From Candidatus Saccharimonadota bacterium (lineage in GTDB: Bacteria; Patescibacteriota; Saccharimonadia; CAILAD01; BJGX01): a stretch of DNA of 64,000 bases. The notes below the pieces were generated by a model. It was not told the DNA's origin, did no database searches, and worked only from the letters and a program-made list of their open reading frames with translations. Of the stretch, positions 1-10,224 are shown one piece after another (the first letter of the stretch is position 1; the number at the start of each line of letters is the position of its first letter). The stretch is from NCBI GenBank assembly GCA_046350735.1, contig JAXLZU010000002.1, forward strand, positions 16,219 to 80,218. Reading direction: 5' to 3'. The translations under genes were made by a program, and so were the position numbers.

Positions 1-45
1 TTCTAGATCTGGATGCAATACTACAGCTACTTCGTAGTTCTTCAT
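1..45 (-). CDS. rpsF: 30S ribosomal protein S6, N-terminal 15 codons (gene continues beyond window start)
   Basis: Reverse complement of 1-45 reads MKNYEVAVVLHPDLE, resembling the S6 N-terminus (MRHYEIVFMVHPDQ...). An ATG lies at 45-43, and the sequence upstream on the minus strand is purine-rich. Confidence 0.4.
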   Translation of the reverse strand, partial: MKNYEVAVVLHPDLE

Positions 46-191
46 AACTTCCTTTCTATGGCACATTCTACTCTAACAAGTAGACTTTGCTGTACGTTCT
101 TATGATGTCGTAGAGCAAAAAGGCGTTAATTAATAAATCAGCCCTAATTTTAGCGTATTCTTATCTGATAGTCAAGATAAACAGCACTACT

Positions 192-779
192 TTGAGGTAT
201 ACTAGAAACATGCAAGTTTTACAGTCTGAGTTTAGTGGCAAACCAATAATGGGTGTACATACCGGTGAACAGTTATGTGTTGTAACCGGGTTTGTAGTAC
301 ATCCCGGCAATTTAAAGATAATTCTTTTCATTGCCAACGCCCCACTCCAAAAGCAGCCATATTATCTGTTGCCAAACAGCATTCGGTTTGCCGATAGCAA
401 ACGACTAATAATAGACTCGGCACAAAGCCTTTCAGAATTTGACGAACTAGTACGCTATCAACATGATATACTACACAACTTCAACCCAATAAAAAAGAAG
501 GTTATTACACAATCTGGTAAGAAGCTTGGTACAGTTGTCGACTTTAGTTTTGATAATCAACACAATTTTATACAAAAACTCTACGTTCGTGCCAGTTTCT
601 TTAAAAGGTTTCTACAGGCTCAATTTATTATTGACCGTAATTCTGTTATTGAAACAACCCCTAATAGTATTATAGTAAAAGATACCGTAGATGAGTTGCC
701 AGCTACTATTAAGTCACCTCTACCCAACAAACCACCAGCAAAAGGTCTCGCAAGGTCTATTAAGAAGTCTCCGAATTAA
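192..779 (+). CDS. hypothetical protein with two PRC-barrel-like repeats
   Basis: 195-aa ORF with two internally similar ~80-aa segments (KPIMGVHTGEQLCVVTGFVV...IIDS and KKLGTVVDFSFD...IVKD), typical of the PRC-barrel fold. Its 3' end overlaps the convergent recX by 20 nt. Confidence 0.35.
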   Translation: MRYTRNMQVLQSEFSGKPIMGVHTGEQLCVVTGFVVHPGNLKIILFIANAPLQKQPYYLLPNSIRFADSKRLIIDSAQSLSEFDELVRYQHDILHNFNPIKKKVITQSGKKLGTVVDFSFDNQHNFIQKLYVRASFFKRFLQAQFIIDRNSVIETTPNSIIVKDTVDELPATIKSPLPNKPPAKGLARSIKKSPN

Positions 780-1386
780 CTTCTGCTAATACTTCTTTAA
801 CTAAAGCATAAGGAAATCCTTGTCTTAGCATATACTCAGTCAATTTTTGCTCATCCTGAAAGCGTGAAATTTGCTTTTTTTTACGAACTATCTTTGCAGC
901 AGCATCTTTTTGACTTTTATTATCTAGTTTCTCTAGTGAGGAATGAATCAGCGTAGAACCAATTCCTTTCTTCATTAATTCTGCCTGAAGCTGTCGCTTT
1001 GAACGCGGTCGTGATAGTTGTCGAGAGTTGATATAGGCATCAATATACGCCTTATCATCGAGATAACCATCGCTTTGCAATCTCTGTAATACTGGCATAA
1101 TCTCTTCTGGATCAAAATTGGCTTTTCGAACAAGATATTCCTGCATTTGCCAGACCGTTCGAGGCCCAAAACGCAGATAGTAAATAGCACGTGAATACAT
1201 TTTAGATTGCTGTGAAAGCTTTTGTAGCTCTAACAATCGATCCTTATTTATCTGATCGCCTATGTGCAATTTAGCTACACTAAGATCTAACTCTGAGAGT
1301 GAGAAACTGTATTGGTCATCAACAAAGATACTATAATATCCCTCGCGTTTTTTTTGCGGTTGAATATCGGTTACTTTTTGCAACAT
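760..1386 (-). CDS. recX: RecX regulatory protein
   Basis: 208 aa located 21 nt downstream of recA on the same strand, the classic recA-recX arrangement. Helical-repeat composition is typical of RecX. Confidence 0.8.
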   Translation of the reverse strand: MLQKVTDIQPQKKREGYYSIFVDDQYSFSLSELDLSVAKLHIGDQINKDRLLELQKLSQQSKMYSRAIYYLRFGPRTVWQMQEYLVRKANFDPEEIMPVLQRLQSDGYLDDKAYIDAYINSRQLSRPRSKRQLQAELMKKGIGSTLIHSSLEKLDNKSQKDAAAKIVRKKKQISRFQDEQKLTEYMLRQGFPYALVKEVLAEVNSETS

Positions 1387-1407
1387 TTATTAAGGTACAA
1401 TTATTAC

Positions 1408-2502
1408 TTATGAGTTGGCATTAGCCCGAACGTCTTTTTCGATTTCTTCCATAATCTTGGGGTGATCGGTTAAGAACTGTTTTGCAGCTTCTCTGCCTTG
1501 ACCAATCTTTTCATCTTTATATGAGAACCAGGCGCCGGCCTTATTAACCAATCCTTCGGCAACCGCCAAGTCGATAATATCGCCTGCCCGAGAAATACCT
1601 TCGTTATACATAATGTCAAACTCTGCAATTTTAAATGGTGCAGCAATTTTGTTTTTGACAACTTTTACCTTTACGTGGTTACCAATAACGGTATCGGCAT
1701 CTTTTATTTGCTCACTACGACGAATATCAAGACGAACAGAAGCATAATATTTTAGTGCGTTACCACCGGCTGTTACTTCTGGATTACCAAACATTACCCC
1801 TATCTTCATACGTAATTGATTAATGAAAATTACGGTAGTTTGTGACTTAGCTATTACACCGGTGAGCTTTCTAAGCGCTTGACTCATTAAACGAGCTTGC
1901 AAGCCCATATGACTATCACCCATATCGCCCTCAATTTCGGCCCGTGGAGTAAGTGCCGCAACTGAGTCTACCACAATAAGATCTACCGCACTCGAGCGCA
2001 CTAGGGTTTCACAAATTTCTAAGGCTTGTTCGCCTGTGTCTGGCTGTGAGATTAATGCATCGTCGAGCTTCACACCTATTTTAGCTGCATATTCTGGGTC
2101 GAGAGCATGTTCGGCATCGATAAATGCTGCCAAGCCACCTTTCTTTTGTACTTCTGCTACTGCGTGCAGCGCGAGAGTCGTTTTACCACTTGATTCGGGA
2201 CCATATATTTCGATAATACGACCACGTGGGATTCCACCACCAAGGGCGAGATCGAGCGAGAGACTGCCTGATGGAAAAGTATCTACAGATACTTTTGAGC
2301 CTTCACCAAGTTTCATAATCGAGCCCTGCCCAAATTGTCGCTCAATTTGTTCGACAGCGAGATCTACTGCTTTTAGCCGAGCAGCCTTTTCGCTCGATGT
2401 CATCTTACTGTTCTCTTCACTTTTGCTATTGCGCTTAGTATTTTCTGCTGACACTCTGTTCTCCTCCTGATTGCGTTGTTTAGTTTTTGTAGCAGTTGCC
2501 AT
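1408..2502 (-). CDS. recA: recombinase RecA
   Basis: Walker A motif [13 protein letters not shown] plus the L1/L2 loop regions and the overall RecA signature. The first ~33 codons form an N-terminal extension; an alternative start at M34 (about 2403) is possible. Confidence 0.96.
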   Translation of the reverse strand: MATATKTKQRNQEENRVSAENTKRNSKSEENSKMTSSEKAARLKAVDLAVEQIERQFGQGSIMKLGEGSKVSVDTFPSGSLSLDLALGGGIPRGRIIEIYGPESSGKTTLALHAVAEVQKKGGLAAFIDAEHALDPEYAAKIGVKLDDALISQPDTGEQALEICETLVRSSAVDLIVVDSVAALTPRAEIEGDMGDSHMGLQARLMSQALRKLTGVIAKSQTTVIFINQLRMKIGVMFGNPEVTAGGNALKYYASVRLDIRRSEQIKDADTVIGNHVKVKVVKNKIAAPFKIAEFDIMYNEGISRAGDIIDLAVAEGLVNKAGAWFSYKDEKIGQGREAAKQFLTDHPKIMEEIEKDVRANANS

Positions 2503-2520
2503 GATGTTTCCTCCTTGTTT

Positions 2521-2574
2521 CGAACGTGGGGGTTAATGTTCGGTTTTTATTCTTACCTACTCAATATACCGAAC
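2521..2574. promoter_or_regulatory. CGAAC/GTTCG half-site cluster in the recA 5' region (putative LexA-type operator)
   Basis: cgaac (2521-2525), gttcgg (2538-2543) and ccgaac (2569-2574) lie 19-72 nt upstream of the recA start. They resemble Gram-positive/actinobacterial SOS-box half sites but with non-canonical spacing (12 and 25 nt). Confidence 0.2.
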
Positions 2575-2693
2575 ACTATACAAACATGTCAACACTAACT
2601 TTGGATAAAATGTATTTTTCTATTGTACGCTGTTTTTAAAATTCCTTACAAGCATAAGAAAAGCCCCTAGGGTTAAGCTAAGGGCAATGGAGT

Positions 2694-3245
2694 TTATGGT
2701 AAACCAAGGTATTTTTCTGCTACCACTGGGTATATGCCTTGGAGTTGTAGCTCTTCTCGCATGTCGACTAGCTGACTAGGGTTAAAATCTACTACTAATC
2801 TTTCATATATGATGCGCCTAAAATATTCACTTGGGTTTTCACCAAGTAAATAAGCAACCAGTTGAATCGTGATTGTGACTTCTAGATTTGGCTTAAAATT
2901 GGGCCGTTCTGGTGTGATAGGGATTTTTAGAAAATCTAGTACACTTTTTGGTGCCTTTAATCGCAAATCAGTACTTTGAGTTGGTTTGTCATCACTCATG
3001 ACTGTTACTAATAGATCAAATTCGGTATTTTTACCACTCGGCTGTCGATAACCGCACTGCATACCGATAACTTTAGTTAGATACTGATTAAACAGCTGTT
3101 TGGTAGTTACTGCATCACTCGATATTGAGAGCTGAGATTTAATATGTTCTTCTACCTCGTCAGGAGAAAGTTTTGCCAAATTATTGAGAACATCGGCTAT
3201 TAACCGAACTAATTGTGACGGTGTCGTTTCGGCATATTTTCCCAT
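2694..3245 (-). CDS. hypothetical protein
   Basis: 183-aa ORF with no recognisable motif, in an intergenic-delimited position. Confidence 0.5.
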   Translation of the reverse strand: MGKYAETTPSQLVRLIADVLNNLAKLSPDEVEEHIKSQLSISSDAVTTKQLFNQYLTKVIGMQCGYRQPSGKNTEFDLLVTVMSDDKPTQSTDLRLKAPKSVLDFLKIPITPERPNFKPNLEVTITIQLVAYLLGENPSEYFRRIIYERLVVDFNPSQLVDMREELQLQGIYPVVAEKYLGLP

Positions 3246-3318
3246 ATCTTCTCCTTGGGCTTGTGTAGGTACAAACTTACAAGATTATATATGAGTTGGC
3301 GTGATCTTGTAAAGATTC

Positions 3319-3816
3319 TTAACGAAAATTATTAAAACTAATTGGAAAGTCTAAATTGGCACTTCGAAGTGTCGCAATAAGCGATTGCAGGTCGTCTCGC
3401 GAGCTTGATGTAGCACGTACAGCTTCACCTTGAATCTGAGTCTTCACTTTAGGAAATTTCTCACGAATAAGTGCGGTTATCTGCTTGGCCTTGGTTTGAT
3501 CTAGACCCTTTATAAGAGGTAGAGTTTTACGAGCAACCATATTATTTTCGCTTATCTCCTCAGATTTATCGAGAAACTTAAGACTGAGACCAGCCTTAAT
3601 AAACTTACTCTCTAATACTCCTATCATCGCCTCAATTTTAAGCTCGCTATTTGCTTCAAGTTCTATCTTGTTAGTATCGCGGTCAAAGACCAATTTTGCC
3701 CCAGTACCCTGAAAATCGTATCGCGTAGCAATTTCGCGAGCTGCCTGATCGCACGCGTTAATCATTGTACTAAGATCGTATTCGCTAACTATATCTAGAG
3801 ATGCATCTTTGGCCAT
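3319..3816 (-). CDS. yajQ: YajQ-family (UPF0234/DUF520) nucleotide-binding protein
   Basis: 165 aa with the characteristic two-domain YajQ pattern (MAKDASLDIVSEYDL...FNNFR). Confidence 0.8.
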   Translation of the reverse strand: MAKDASLDIVSEYDLSTMINACDQAAREIATRYDFQGTGAKLVFDRDTNKIELEANSELKIEAMIGVLESKFIKAGLSLKFLDKSEEISENNMVARKTLPLIKGLDQTKAKQITALIREKFPKVKTQIQGEAVRATSSSRDDLQSLIATLRSANLDFPISFNNFR

Positions 3817-3839
3817 AATCTATTTAGTATAGCAAAATT

Positions 3840-4862
3840 TTATTGAAACTGTGTATCTTTACTAAATTCAATATCGAGCCTGGCTTCACCGTCGCGACCA
3901 ATCTTGCCAAGGTCTTTGTTAGCAACGTTAGCATTGGTAATAAAAATCTGAGTATTACCCGCATTACCAGTGGTAATTTTGAGCTGATTCTTGGCCTTAA
4001 ATAACTGACTTGTATCTGGCAAAACTGTCCCACGAAACAAATCTTGGCCATCAGCCTGTACAATCAACCATGTAGCCTCATTAGAAATTTTTACTAGAGC
4101 CTCTACTCCGTCGATTGGTGTATTGGAAATTTGATTAGTATCGGTAACTTTCGCAAGTGAAGCGGTAACGGTTTTGGTCTCAGTAGTGGTTTTACCAAGC
4201 TTAGAACGAGCAGATATTTTAATTTGATTAGCACCATCAATTAGTGACACGCGCTCTGAAAAACTACCATCTGGATTAGTAAGAATTGGTGAACCATTAA
4301 TAAATACATCGGCACCACCATCAACTTGCCCAGAAATAATAATATAGCCAGAAGTGGTTTTTCCTTGTAGAGAATTAATATGCAAACTTGGTGGTGAAGC
4401 TAAGATAGCAATTTGCCAACCAAAATACGCCACAATCAATACAAAAACCAAACTGGCAAATAGAATAAGGAGGCTCTTCGAGGTAAAAGCAAAACCTTTC
4501 TTACCAATTGGCTTGAGACCCAGTCGGCTGGCTTTTTGTACCAGGAGACTTTGACCATGAGCTTGATTAAAGCTGGCCCGCTCTTTCTTATACATATTGA
4601 CCACTGGAGTGGTTTCGAAACCCAAATAGTCGGCGTAGCTTTTAATATAACCAAGTGTATACACATCGTCTGGCAGATGTTCATAATCTCCCACCTCTAT
4701 GCGTTCTAAGTATTTCGTACGTACATTAGTGGCAGCCTCGACATTCTTAAGATCTTTGCCCAATTCTTCACGACGCTTACGCAAAAGCTCGGCAACAGAA
4801 AGCTTTAAGCTTGCAGGAGAGTGTAAAAATGATTTGGTGTCTTTTTGGTTGTTTGGACTCAC
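3840..4862 (-). CDS. RodZ-like cytoskeletal protein (HTH_25 N-terminus, single TM, C-terminal DUF4115-like domain)
   Basis: N-terminal helix-turn-helix (LSVAELLRKRREELGKDLKNVEAATNVRTKYLERIE), a central TM segment and a C-terminal beta-rich domain. Its stop overlaps the ftsK start (ATGA). Confidence 0.65.
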   Translation of the reverse strand: MSPNNQKDTKSFLHSPASLKLSVAELLRKRREELGKDLKNVEAATNVRTKYLERIEVGDYEHLPDDVYTLGYIKSYADYLGFETTPVVNMYKKERASFNQAHGQSLLVQKASRLGLKPIGKKGFAFTSKSLLILFASLVFVLIVAYFGWQIAILASPPSLHINSLQGKTTSGYIIISGQVDGGADVFINGSPILTNPDGSFSERVSLIDGANQIKISARSKLGKTTTETKTVTASLAKVTDTNQISNTPIDGVEALVKISNEATWLIVQADGQDLFRGTVLPDTSQLFKAKNQLKITTGNAGNTQIFITNANVANKDLGKIGRDGEARLDIEFSKDTQFQ

Positions 4863-6979
4863 TCTGTCTCGGCCTCGCCACCAAGTTCTTCAATACTACC
4901 CACTAATATCTCGCGTGGCTTACTGCCATTTGCTGGCCCTACTACACCTTTTTGCTCTAGGATATCAATAAGTTTTGCAGCTCTTGCATACCCCACCCCC
5001 AGTCGTCGCTGCAATAAACTTGAGCTACCTTTGCCGGCTGCAATAACTACCTCGGCTGCCTGTTGCCAAAGATCGTCTTCCATGGCATCAAACCCACCGC
5101 CAGCAGAACCACCCTTCATATTTACAGCCTGTGAAAGAACTTCTTCGTTATATTCCGGCTGTCGTTGTTCTCGCAAGAACTTAGTAACAGCACTTACTTC
5201 TTCGTTACTCATAAACACACCCTGAATACGTTTGGGCTTAATAAATTCTGGGCTGGCAAAGAGCATATCACCCTTACCAAGCAACTTTTCTGCCCCACCC
5301 ATATCAATAATTGTTCGTGAGTCTACCTGGCTAGCGGTGGTAAGCGCAATTCGTGCTGGCACGTTGGCTTTAATAGTACCAGTAATAACGTTTACACTTG
5401 GCCGCTGAGTAGCGAGTACTAGATGAATACCTACTGCCCGAGCCATCTGCGAGATACGCTGAATGAGACTTTCGACATCCTTACCAGCCTGCATCATAAG
5501 ATCGAACAACTCATCGATAATGATAACTATGTAAGGCATTCTATCTACATCTTTTACTTGATTGTACTCACCAATGTCGCGCTTGTTATATTCTGAGAGT
5601 AATTTAAGACGTCGTTCCATCTCGGCTACTGCCCACTTGAGGGCAGAAACGGTTTTGTCTGACTCGGTAATAACCGGCGTAAGTAAGTGAGGAATATCAT
5701 TATATAGGCTTAGCTCAACACGTTTGGGATCTACCATAATCAGCTTGAGCTCGCTTGGGCTGTTACGATACAGCAAGCTCATCAGTAGAGCGTTAATCAT
5801 AACAGATTTACCAGTACCAGTTGCACCCGCTACTAGTAAATGTGGTGCCTTAGCAAGATCGTAGGTAACAATATCACCAGCCACATCACGACCCAACACA
5901 AAGGCCAGCTTAGACTTTTGTGATTCATATTCTTTATCTTGAAAAATATCTTTAATGCGTACCATAGCACCTTTCTTGTTTGGTACTTCAATCCCTACAA
6001 GACTTTTACCGGGGATAGGTGCTTCTATACGTATTTGCGTAGCCTCCAAAGCTAAAGCCAAGTTTCTATCAAGTGATGCTATCTTACTAAGGTTTACACC
6101 AGTTGGTGGCTTGAGGCTATATTGAGCAACAGTTGGGCCAACATCCACACCTTCCATCTTTACCTCATAGCCAAAGTCAGCAAAGGTGTTGGCAATAAGT
6201 TTGGCATTGGCTTTGGCATCACCTGGGTCTGGCTGGGTGCTAGTGGCCTGCAGAATATCAATACTCGGATACTTCCAATCTTTGTCGTCTGAGTACACAA
6301 TTGGTTCGTTTTTCTTCTCTTCTTTCTCTTCTTCGTCCTTTCCAATAGTGCCTTTTATAGGTAGTTTGGTATTAATTTGAAACTTATTATCTTGTATTTC
6401 TTCTTTTTCTTGCTCATCACCTTCACCCTTGTTCTTGCCTAGTAGTCGTCTAAATATTTCGCGCAAGCTGGCATTGGCAGCTATAACAATACTGACCAGC
6501 AATAGCATAGAGAGTATAAAGATAGAGACTGGTCGATTTAGTACTGGAGACATTACTGAATAGAGTGCGTAGCCCACAATACCACCATACTGACCTATCT
6601 GAGCTATTTCTGGGTTAGCAGGGTTAATTATTGCCTGAATAAGAGCGCTTAAGAATACAAAGAAGAGGATTGTTCCTATTAGATGATTTAACTTATATCC
6701 ACGATTTTCTTCTTCGTTGGTACGGAATAATAGATAGGCCGAGATAAGTAGTGCAAGTGGTAAAACATATACCGCCTGTCCAATAATGAATTTGGTAGCC
6801 AGTAGCGTCCATTGTCCAAGCGCGCCTGCAAAATTAAGCATGGCAAGCACCAAGAAGACCGAGATCATAATAAGCAATATTGCTGTAATCTCTCGACTTG
6901 CACTACGGGTTAGAACCTTAGCATCTTTCTTTTGCTGTTTCTTCTTTGCGTTGGTGTTTTTGCGTCGTTTTTTAGCCAT
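4859..6979 (-). CDS. ftsK: DNA translocase FtsK/SpoIIIE
   Basis: N-terminal TM segments, an acidic linker, a motor domain with Walker A (GATGTGKSV) and a C-terminal gamma domain (LLQRRLGVGYARAAKLID). Confidence 0.95.
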   Translation of the reverse strand: MAKKRRKNTNAKKKQQKKDAKVLTRSASREITAILLIMISVFLVLAMLNFAGALGQWTLLATKFIIGQAVYVLPLALLISAYLLFRTNEEENRGYKLNHLIGTILFFVFLSALIQAIINPANPEIAQIGQYGGIVGYALYSVMSPVLNRPVSIFILSMLLLVSIVIAANASLREIFRRLLGKNKGEGDEQEKEEIQDNKFQINTKLPIKGTIGKDEEEKEEKKNEPIVYSDDKDWKYPSIDILQATSTQPDPGDAKANAKLIANTFADFGYEVKMEGVDVGPTVAQYSLKPPTGVNLSKIASLDRNLALALEATQIRIEAPIPGKSLVGIEVPNKKGAMVRIKDIFQDKEYESQKSKLAFVLGRDVAGDIVTYDLAKAPHLLVAGATGTGKSVMINALLMSLLYRNSPSELKLIMVDPKRVELSLYNDIPHLLTPVITESDKTVSALKWAVAEMERRLKLLSEYNKRDIGEYNQVKDVDRMPYIVIIIDELFDLMMQAGKDVESLIQRISQMARAVGIHLVLATQRPSVNVITGTIKANVPARIALTTASQVDSRTIIDMGGAEKLLGKGDMLFASPEFIKPKRIQGVFMSNEEVSAVTKFLREQRQPEYNEEVLSQAVNMKGGSAGGGFDAMEDDLWQQAAEVVIAAGKGSSSLLQRRLGVGYARAAKLIDILEQKGVVGPANGSKPREILVGSIEELGGEAETE

Positions 6980-7171
6980 AAAAATCTATTATACCTCTTG
7001 GTTTATTACTCTGGCTAGAGAAGAAACAAAAATAGTTCTCGCTAAGTCTCGACAAATGTATATCGAGAGATAACGAGAACTATTTAATCTGTAAATGTTT
7101 ACCCTCATTACGCTAACCATTATAGCACAGTTACGACACAAAAACAAGTCTTGTCAAATTATTTACATAAT

Positions 7172-7200
7172 AAAAAAGGCCTATCGCTAGGCCTACAAAA
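7172..7200 (-). terminator. rho-independent terminator (minus strand)
   Basis: Hairpin aggcctatcgctaggcct (7178-7195) preceded on the plus strand by an A-run, which is a T-run on the minus strand. It lies downstream of the minus-strand ORF 7234-7509. Confidence 0.5.
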
Positions 7201-7233
7201 TGAAAAATTATTTCTTCATACTATTATTTAAAA

Positions 7234-7509
7234 TTAGGCGAGTTCGGGCTGTGGACACAGTTTGCGACGACGCTCATCAACTGTTTCAGCAAAAACATCC
7301 ATAAACTCATCAACGGTCATTCTATCTTCGAGATTGAATCGACCAAATTCCTCATCTGGTCGAAAGTTCTCTGAACAGATGTGCTCCCAGAGCGAGAAGA
7401 TTTCATCATCAGCCAGGGAAAGTAATAAGGCCTTAAGATTATAATGCACTCTATCGTGCATGCCCCTCAAAAACTTACTATATCCATCTGGGTCGTGAAC
7501 GTTTGCCAT
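7234..7509 (-). CDS. hypothetical small acidic protein
   Basis: 91-aa ORF with its own terminator; no motif recognised. Confidence 0.45.
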   Translation of the reverse strand: MANVHDPDGYSKFLRGMHDRVHYNLKALLLSLADDEIFSLWEHICSENFRPDEEFGRFNLEDRMTVDEFMDVFAETVDERRRKLCPQPELA

Positions 7510-7604
7510 TTGCCGCCCCTCCGCGTAGGTACAGACCGATGTTCCCCCACCAACAATGGTAGTATTTTCTACTTTACGCTTACGTTTTGCAATGTCAATT
7601 ACAA

Positions 7605-7898
7605 TTAGACTTCTGTAAGGAATACCTCAACTTCGCCAGTAAGACGCGTTGGTTTGCCCATGCAGTTTACCTTAAAATCTCGTTCGGTCATAAGCAAAAA
7701 ATAATATTCGCCATAGGTGACATCCCCAACAAATACTTCATCGCTATCCTCACTGGTATCACCAAGTCGCTTCAATTCTGCCTCAATGGCATCAATATCC
7801 ATAAGAAAGATATCTAAAACCAACTTGCTATATTCTGTACTGCGAACAGTTGGCACTTTTTCTGGCCTCCATTGTGTAGGTACAATAAAGCCCGACAA
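7605..7898 (-). CDS. hypothetical small acidic protein
   Basis: 97-aa ORF between rnj and the previous ORF; no motif recognised. Confidence 0.45.
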   Translation of the reverse strand: MSGFIVPTQWRPEKVPTVRSTEYSKLVLDIFLMDIDAIEAELKRLGDTSEDSDEVFVGDVTYGEYYFLLMTERDFKVNCMGKPTRLTGEVEVFLTEV

Positions 7899-7939
7899 CT
7901 ATATCATTTTGTCGGGCCCATTGTCAATCTTGGCTAAAG

Positions 7940-10093
7940 CTATACTTCGATAACAACAGGCAAGACGATTGGTGTACGCTTGGTAACTTTATAGAGTAAG
8001 TTACTAATTTCGTCACGAATGCGGTTTTTAACAATTGGTGAGTTGGCCGGTGTACGTGGATTGCGCTTGGCAAAAACGTTCTTTACTATTTGGCGAGATT
8101 TATTCATTAGCTCTTCATTATCTTTAACATAAATAAATCCGCGACTAATAATATCTGGGCTAGTAACTAGTTTGCCCGTCTTGCGATTTACTGTAGCAAT
8201 AATAGTAAATACCCCATCACTTGCCATGGCTAAGCGATCTTTTAAGACGATTTCTTGTACATCACCGATACCCGAACCATCAATTAAGACTGAGCCAGAC
8301 TGAACAATTGGACCCAACTTGATTGTTTCATCCTTGGTTGCCTCGAGTGTTTGACCATTCTCGATAACAAAGATATTTTCTGGCTTAATAATGCCCGTGC
8401 GCTTGGCAATTTCTGCATTATGCACCAGATGATGAACTTCGCCATGAATTGGCAAATAGTACTTAGGACGTACTAGCTCTATCATCTCTTTTACTTCGTC
8501 ATAGTAGGCATGCCCCGAGGTATGTAGAATACCGAGATCGTCAAAATCACGCATATCCTGCTGATATACGTATGGTCCCCAACGATACAAATTATCTACC
8601 ATACCCCAAACGTCTTTTTCGTTACCAGGGATAATGGAGCTACAAAGCACTACTACATCGCTAGCCTTTAGCTTAATATCGCGATGTTCACCACGACCCA
8701 TTCTATTTAGTACGGCCATTTCTTCACCTTGCGAGCCAGTGGCGAGTACTACTAGCTCGGCATCGGGTATATTTTTTATCTGATCGGCTTTTACTAAGAG
8801 TCCGGGTGGTATCTTGATATAACCCATCTTAACAGCCAGCTCGGTATTTGCTAGCAAGCTTCTACCTACAATAGCAAGCTTACGTTTGGCCTTGGCAACA
8901 CCATCGATAATTAACTGAATACGGTTTACCTGACTAGAGAATGATGCGACAATAACTCGTTTGTTGTAATTGCGTACAAAGATTTCATCAAGAGTATCGG
9001 TAATACCCTTCTCGCTCGGACTATATCCCATTTTTTCACAACTAGTACTATCACACATTAGTAAGAGCACTCCTGCATCACCCAGCTCTTTCAAGCGTTC
9101 TTTATTACTTGGCTTGCCGTCGATAGGATCGTTATCAAATCGCCAGTCGCCTGTATTGATAATTGTACCTACAGGAGTATGAATAGCTATTGAGCAAGCG
9201 TCTGGAATAGAGTGGGTAATACGAATAAATTCTACTGAGAAAGCTCCAAGTTGAATTTTTTGGCCAGAGTCTTGGTCGATAGTTCGCATTTCTGGCTTAA
9301 AAGGCAGTTTGTATTCTTCTAGCTTGCGCTCGATGTATTTAATAGTAAACTGGGCTGCATAAATTGGCGCAGGCAGTTTTGGCAGTAAGAACGGAATACC
9401 GCCCACATGGTCTTCGTGTGCATGGGTAATTAAGTGAGCACGAATCTTATGTTTACGCTCTTCTAAATAGGTGGTATCGGGGATAATATAGTCAATGCCA
9501 GGCATATCCGGACCCGGAAACATAAAGCCAAGATCCATTACAATAATGTCGTCTTCGTACTCGAGTGCCATCATATTTTTACCAATCTTATCTAAACCAC
9601 CAAGAGGAATAATCTTTAGCTTGCCGGCATCTGCCTTTGTTAGACCAACTGGACTTTTTGTAACAGAGGTAGCTGGTTTGTGTGGCTGAGCCTTAGAGTT
9701 GCCATCAGAGTTAAAACTACCTTCAGAAAACACGGCCGGACCTCTGTCGTAGCGACGGCGCATAGCATGAGGATTACTACCTCTGCCCTGCCCATTGCCA
9801 CGTTTTTGTCCCTGGCCATTACCATTATGGTTTTTGTTTTGACCGTTCTTATTTTGTGCAGCCTGGTTTTTGTTCCAAGTTCTTTTTGGGTTATTGGGCT
9901 TGTTTTGACTCGAAGCATCGTTCTGTCTAGCAGCAGCATTAAAGTTGGCTGGCTTACTACCACCAGTTACAGGGTCTGCATTTGGGCGCGTCCCTTGTGG
10001 TTTTTGGCGCGGTTTTTCTGATTTGCCAATACCCAAATCAGCCGCGGTGAGCGGTCGTGAGTTAAGTGGTTTTTTATTGTTTTTAGTATCCAT
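7940..10093 (-). CDS. rnj: ribonuclease J with ~160-aa low-complexity N-terminal extension
   Basis: Metallo-beta-lactamase motif HAHEDHVGG, a beta-CASP domain and a C-terminal domain. The N-terminal ~160 aa are N/Q/G/K/R-rich and disordered. Confidence 0.92.
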   Translation of the reverse strand: MDTKNNKKPLNSRPLTAADLGIGKSEKPRQKPQGTRPNADPVTGGSKPANFNAAARQNDASSQNKPNNPKRTWNKNQAAQNKNGQNKNHNGNGQGQKRGNGQGRGSNPHAMRRRYDRGPAVFSEGSFNSDGNSKAQPHKPATSVTKSPVGLTKADAGKLKIIPLGGLDKIGKNMMALEYEDDIIVMDLGFMFPGPDMPGIDYIIPDTTYLEERKHKIRAHLITHAHEDHVGGIPFLLPKLPAPIYAAQFTIKYIERKLEEYKLPFKPEMRTIDQDSGQKIQLGAFSVEFIRITHSIPDACSIAIHTPVGTIINTGDWRFDNDPIDGKPSNKERLKELGDAGVLLLMCDSTSCEKMGYSPSEKGITDTLDEIFVRNYNKRVIVASFSSQVNRIQLIIDGVAKAKRKLAIVGRSLLANTELAVKMGYIKIPPGLLVKADQIKNIPDAELVVLATGSQGEEMAVLNRMGRGEHRDIKLKASDVVVLCSSIIPGNEKDVWGMVDNLYRWGPYVYQQDMRDFDDLGILHTSGHAYYDEVKEMIELVRPKYYLPIHGEVHHLVHNAEIAKRTGIIKPENIFVIENGQTLEATKDETIKLGPIVQSGSVLIDGSGIGDVQEIVLKDRLAMASDGVFTIIATVNRKTGKLVTSPDIISRGFIYVKDNEELMNKSRQIVKNVFAKRNPRTPANSPIVKNRIRDEISNLLYKVTKRTPIVLPVVIEV

Positions 10094-10224
10094 TATTGTA
10101 CTGTTTTCTCCTTTATCTCATGAGAAATGAGATACTTGATTAAATTATTTACTATATGTCACTCTGAGCAGAACAAACAATTCTTTAGAAGAAAAAGATT
10201 ATTTACTTTGCTTAGAATGGCACG

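Noticed and set aside
2036-2470. 144-aa plus-strand ORF
   Set aside because: It lies inside recA on the opposite strand with a Ser/Ala/Cys-rich junk translation.
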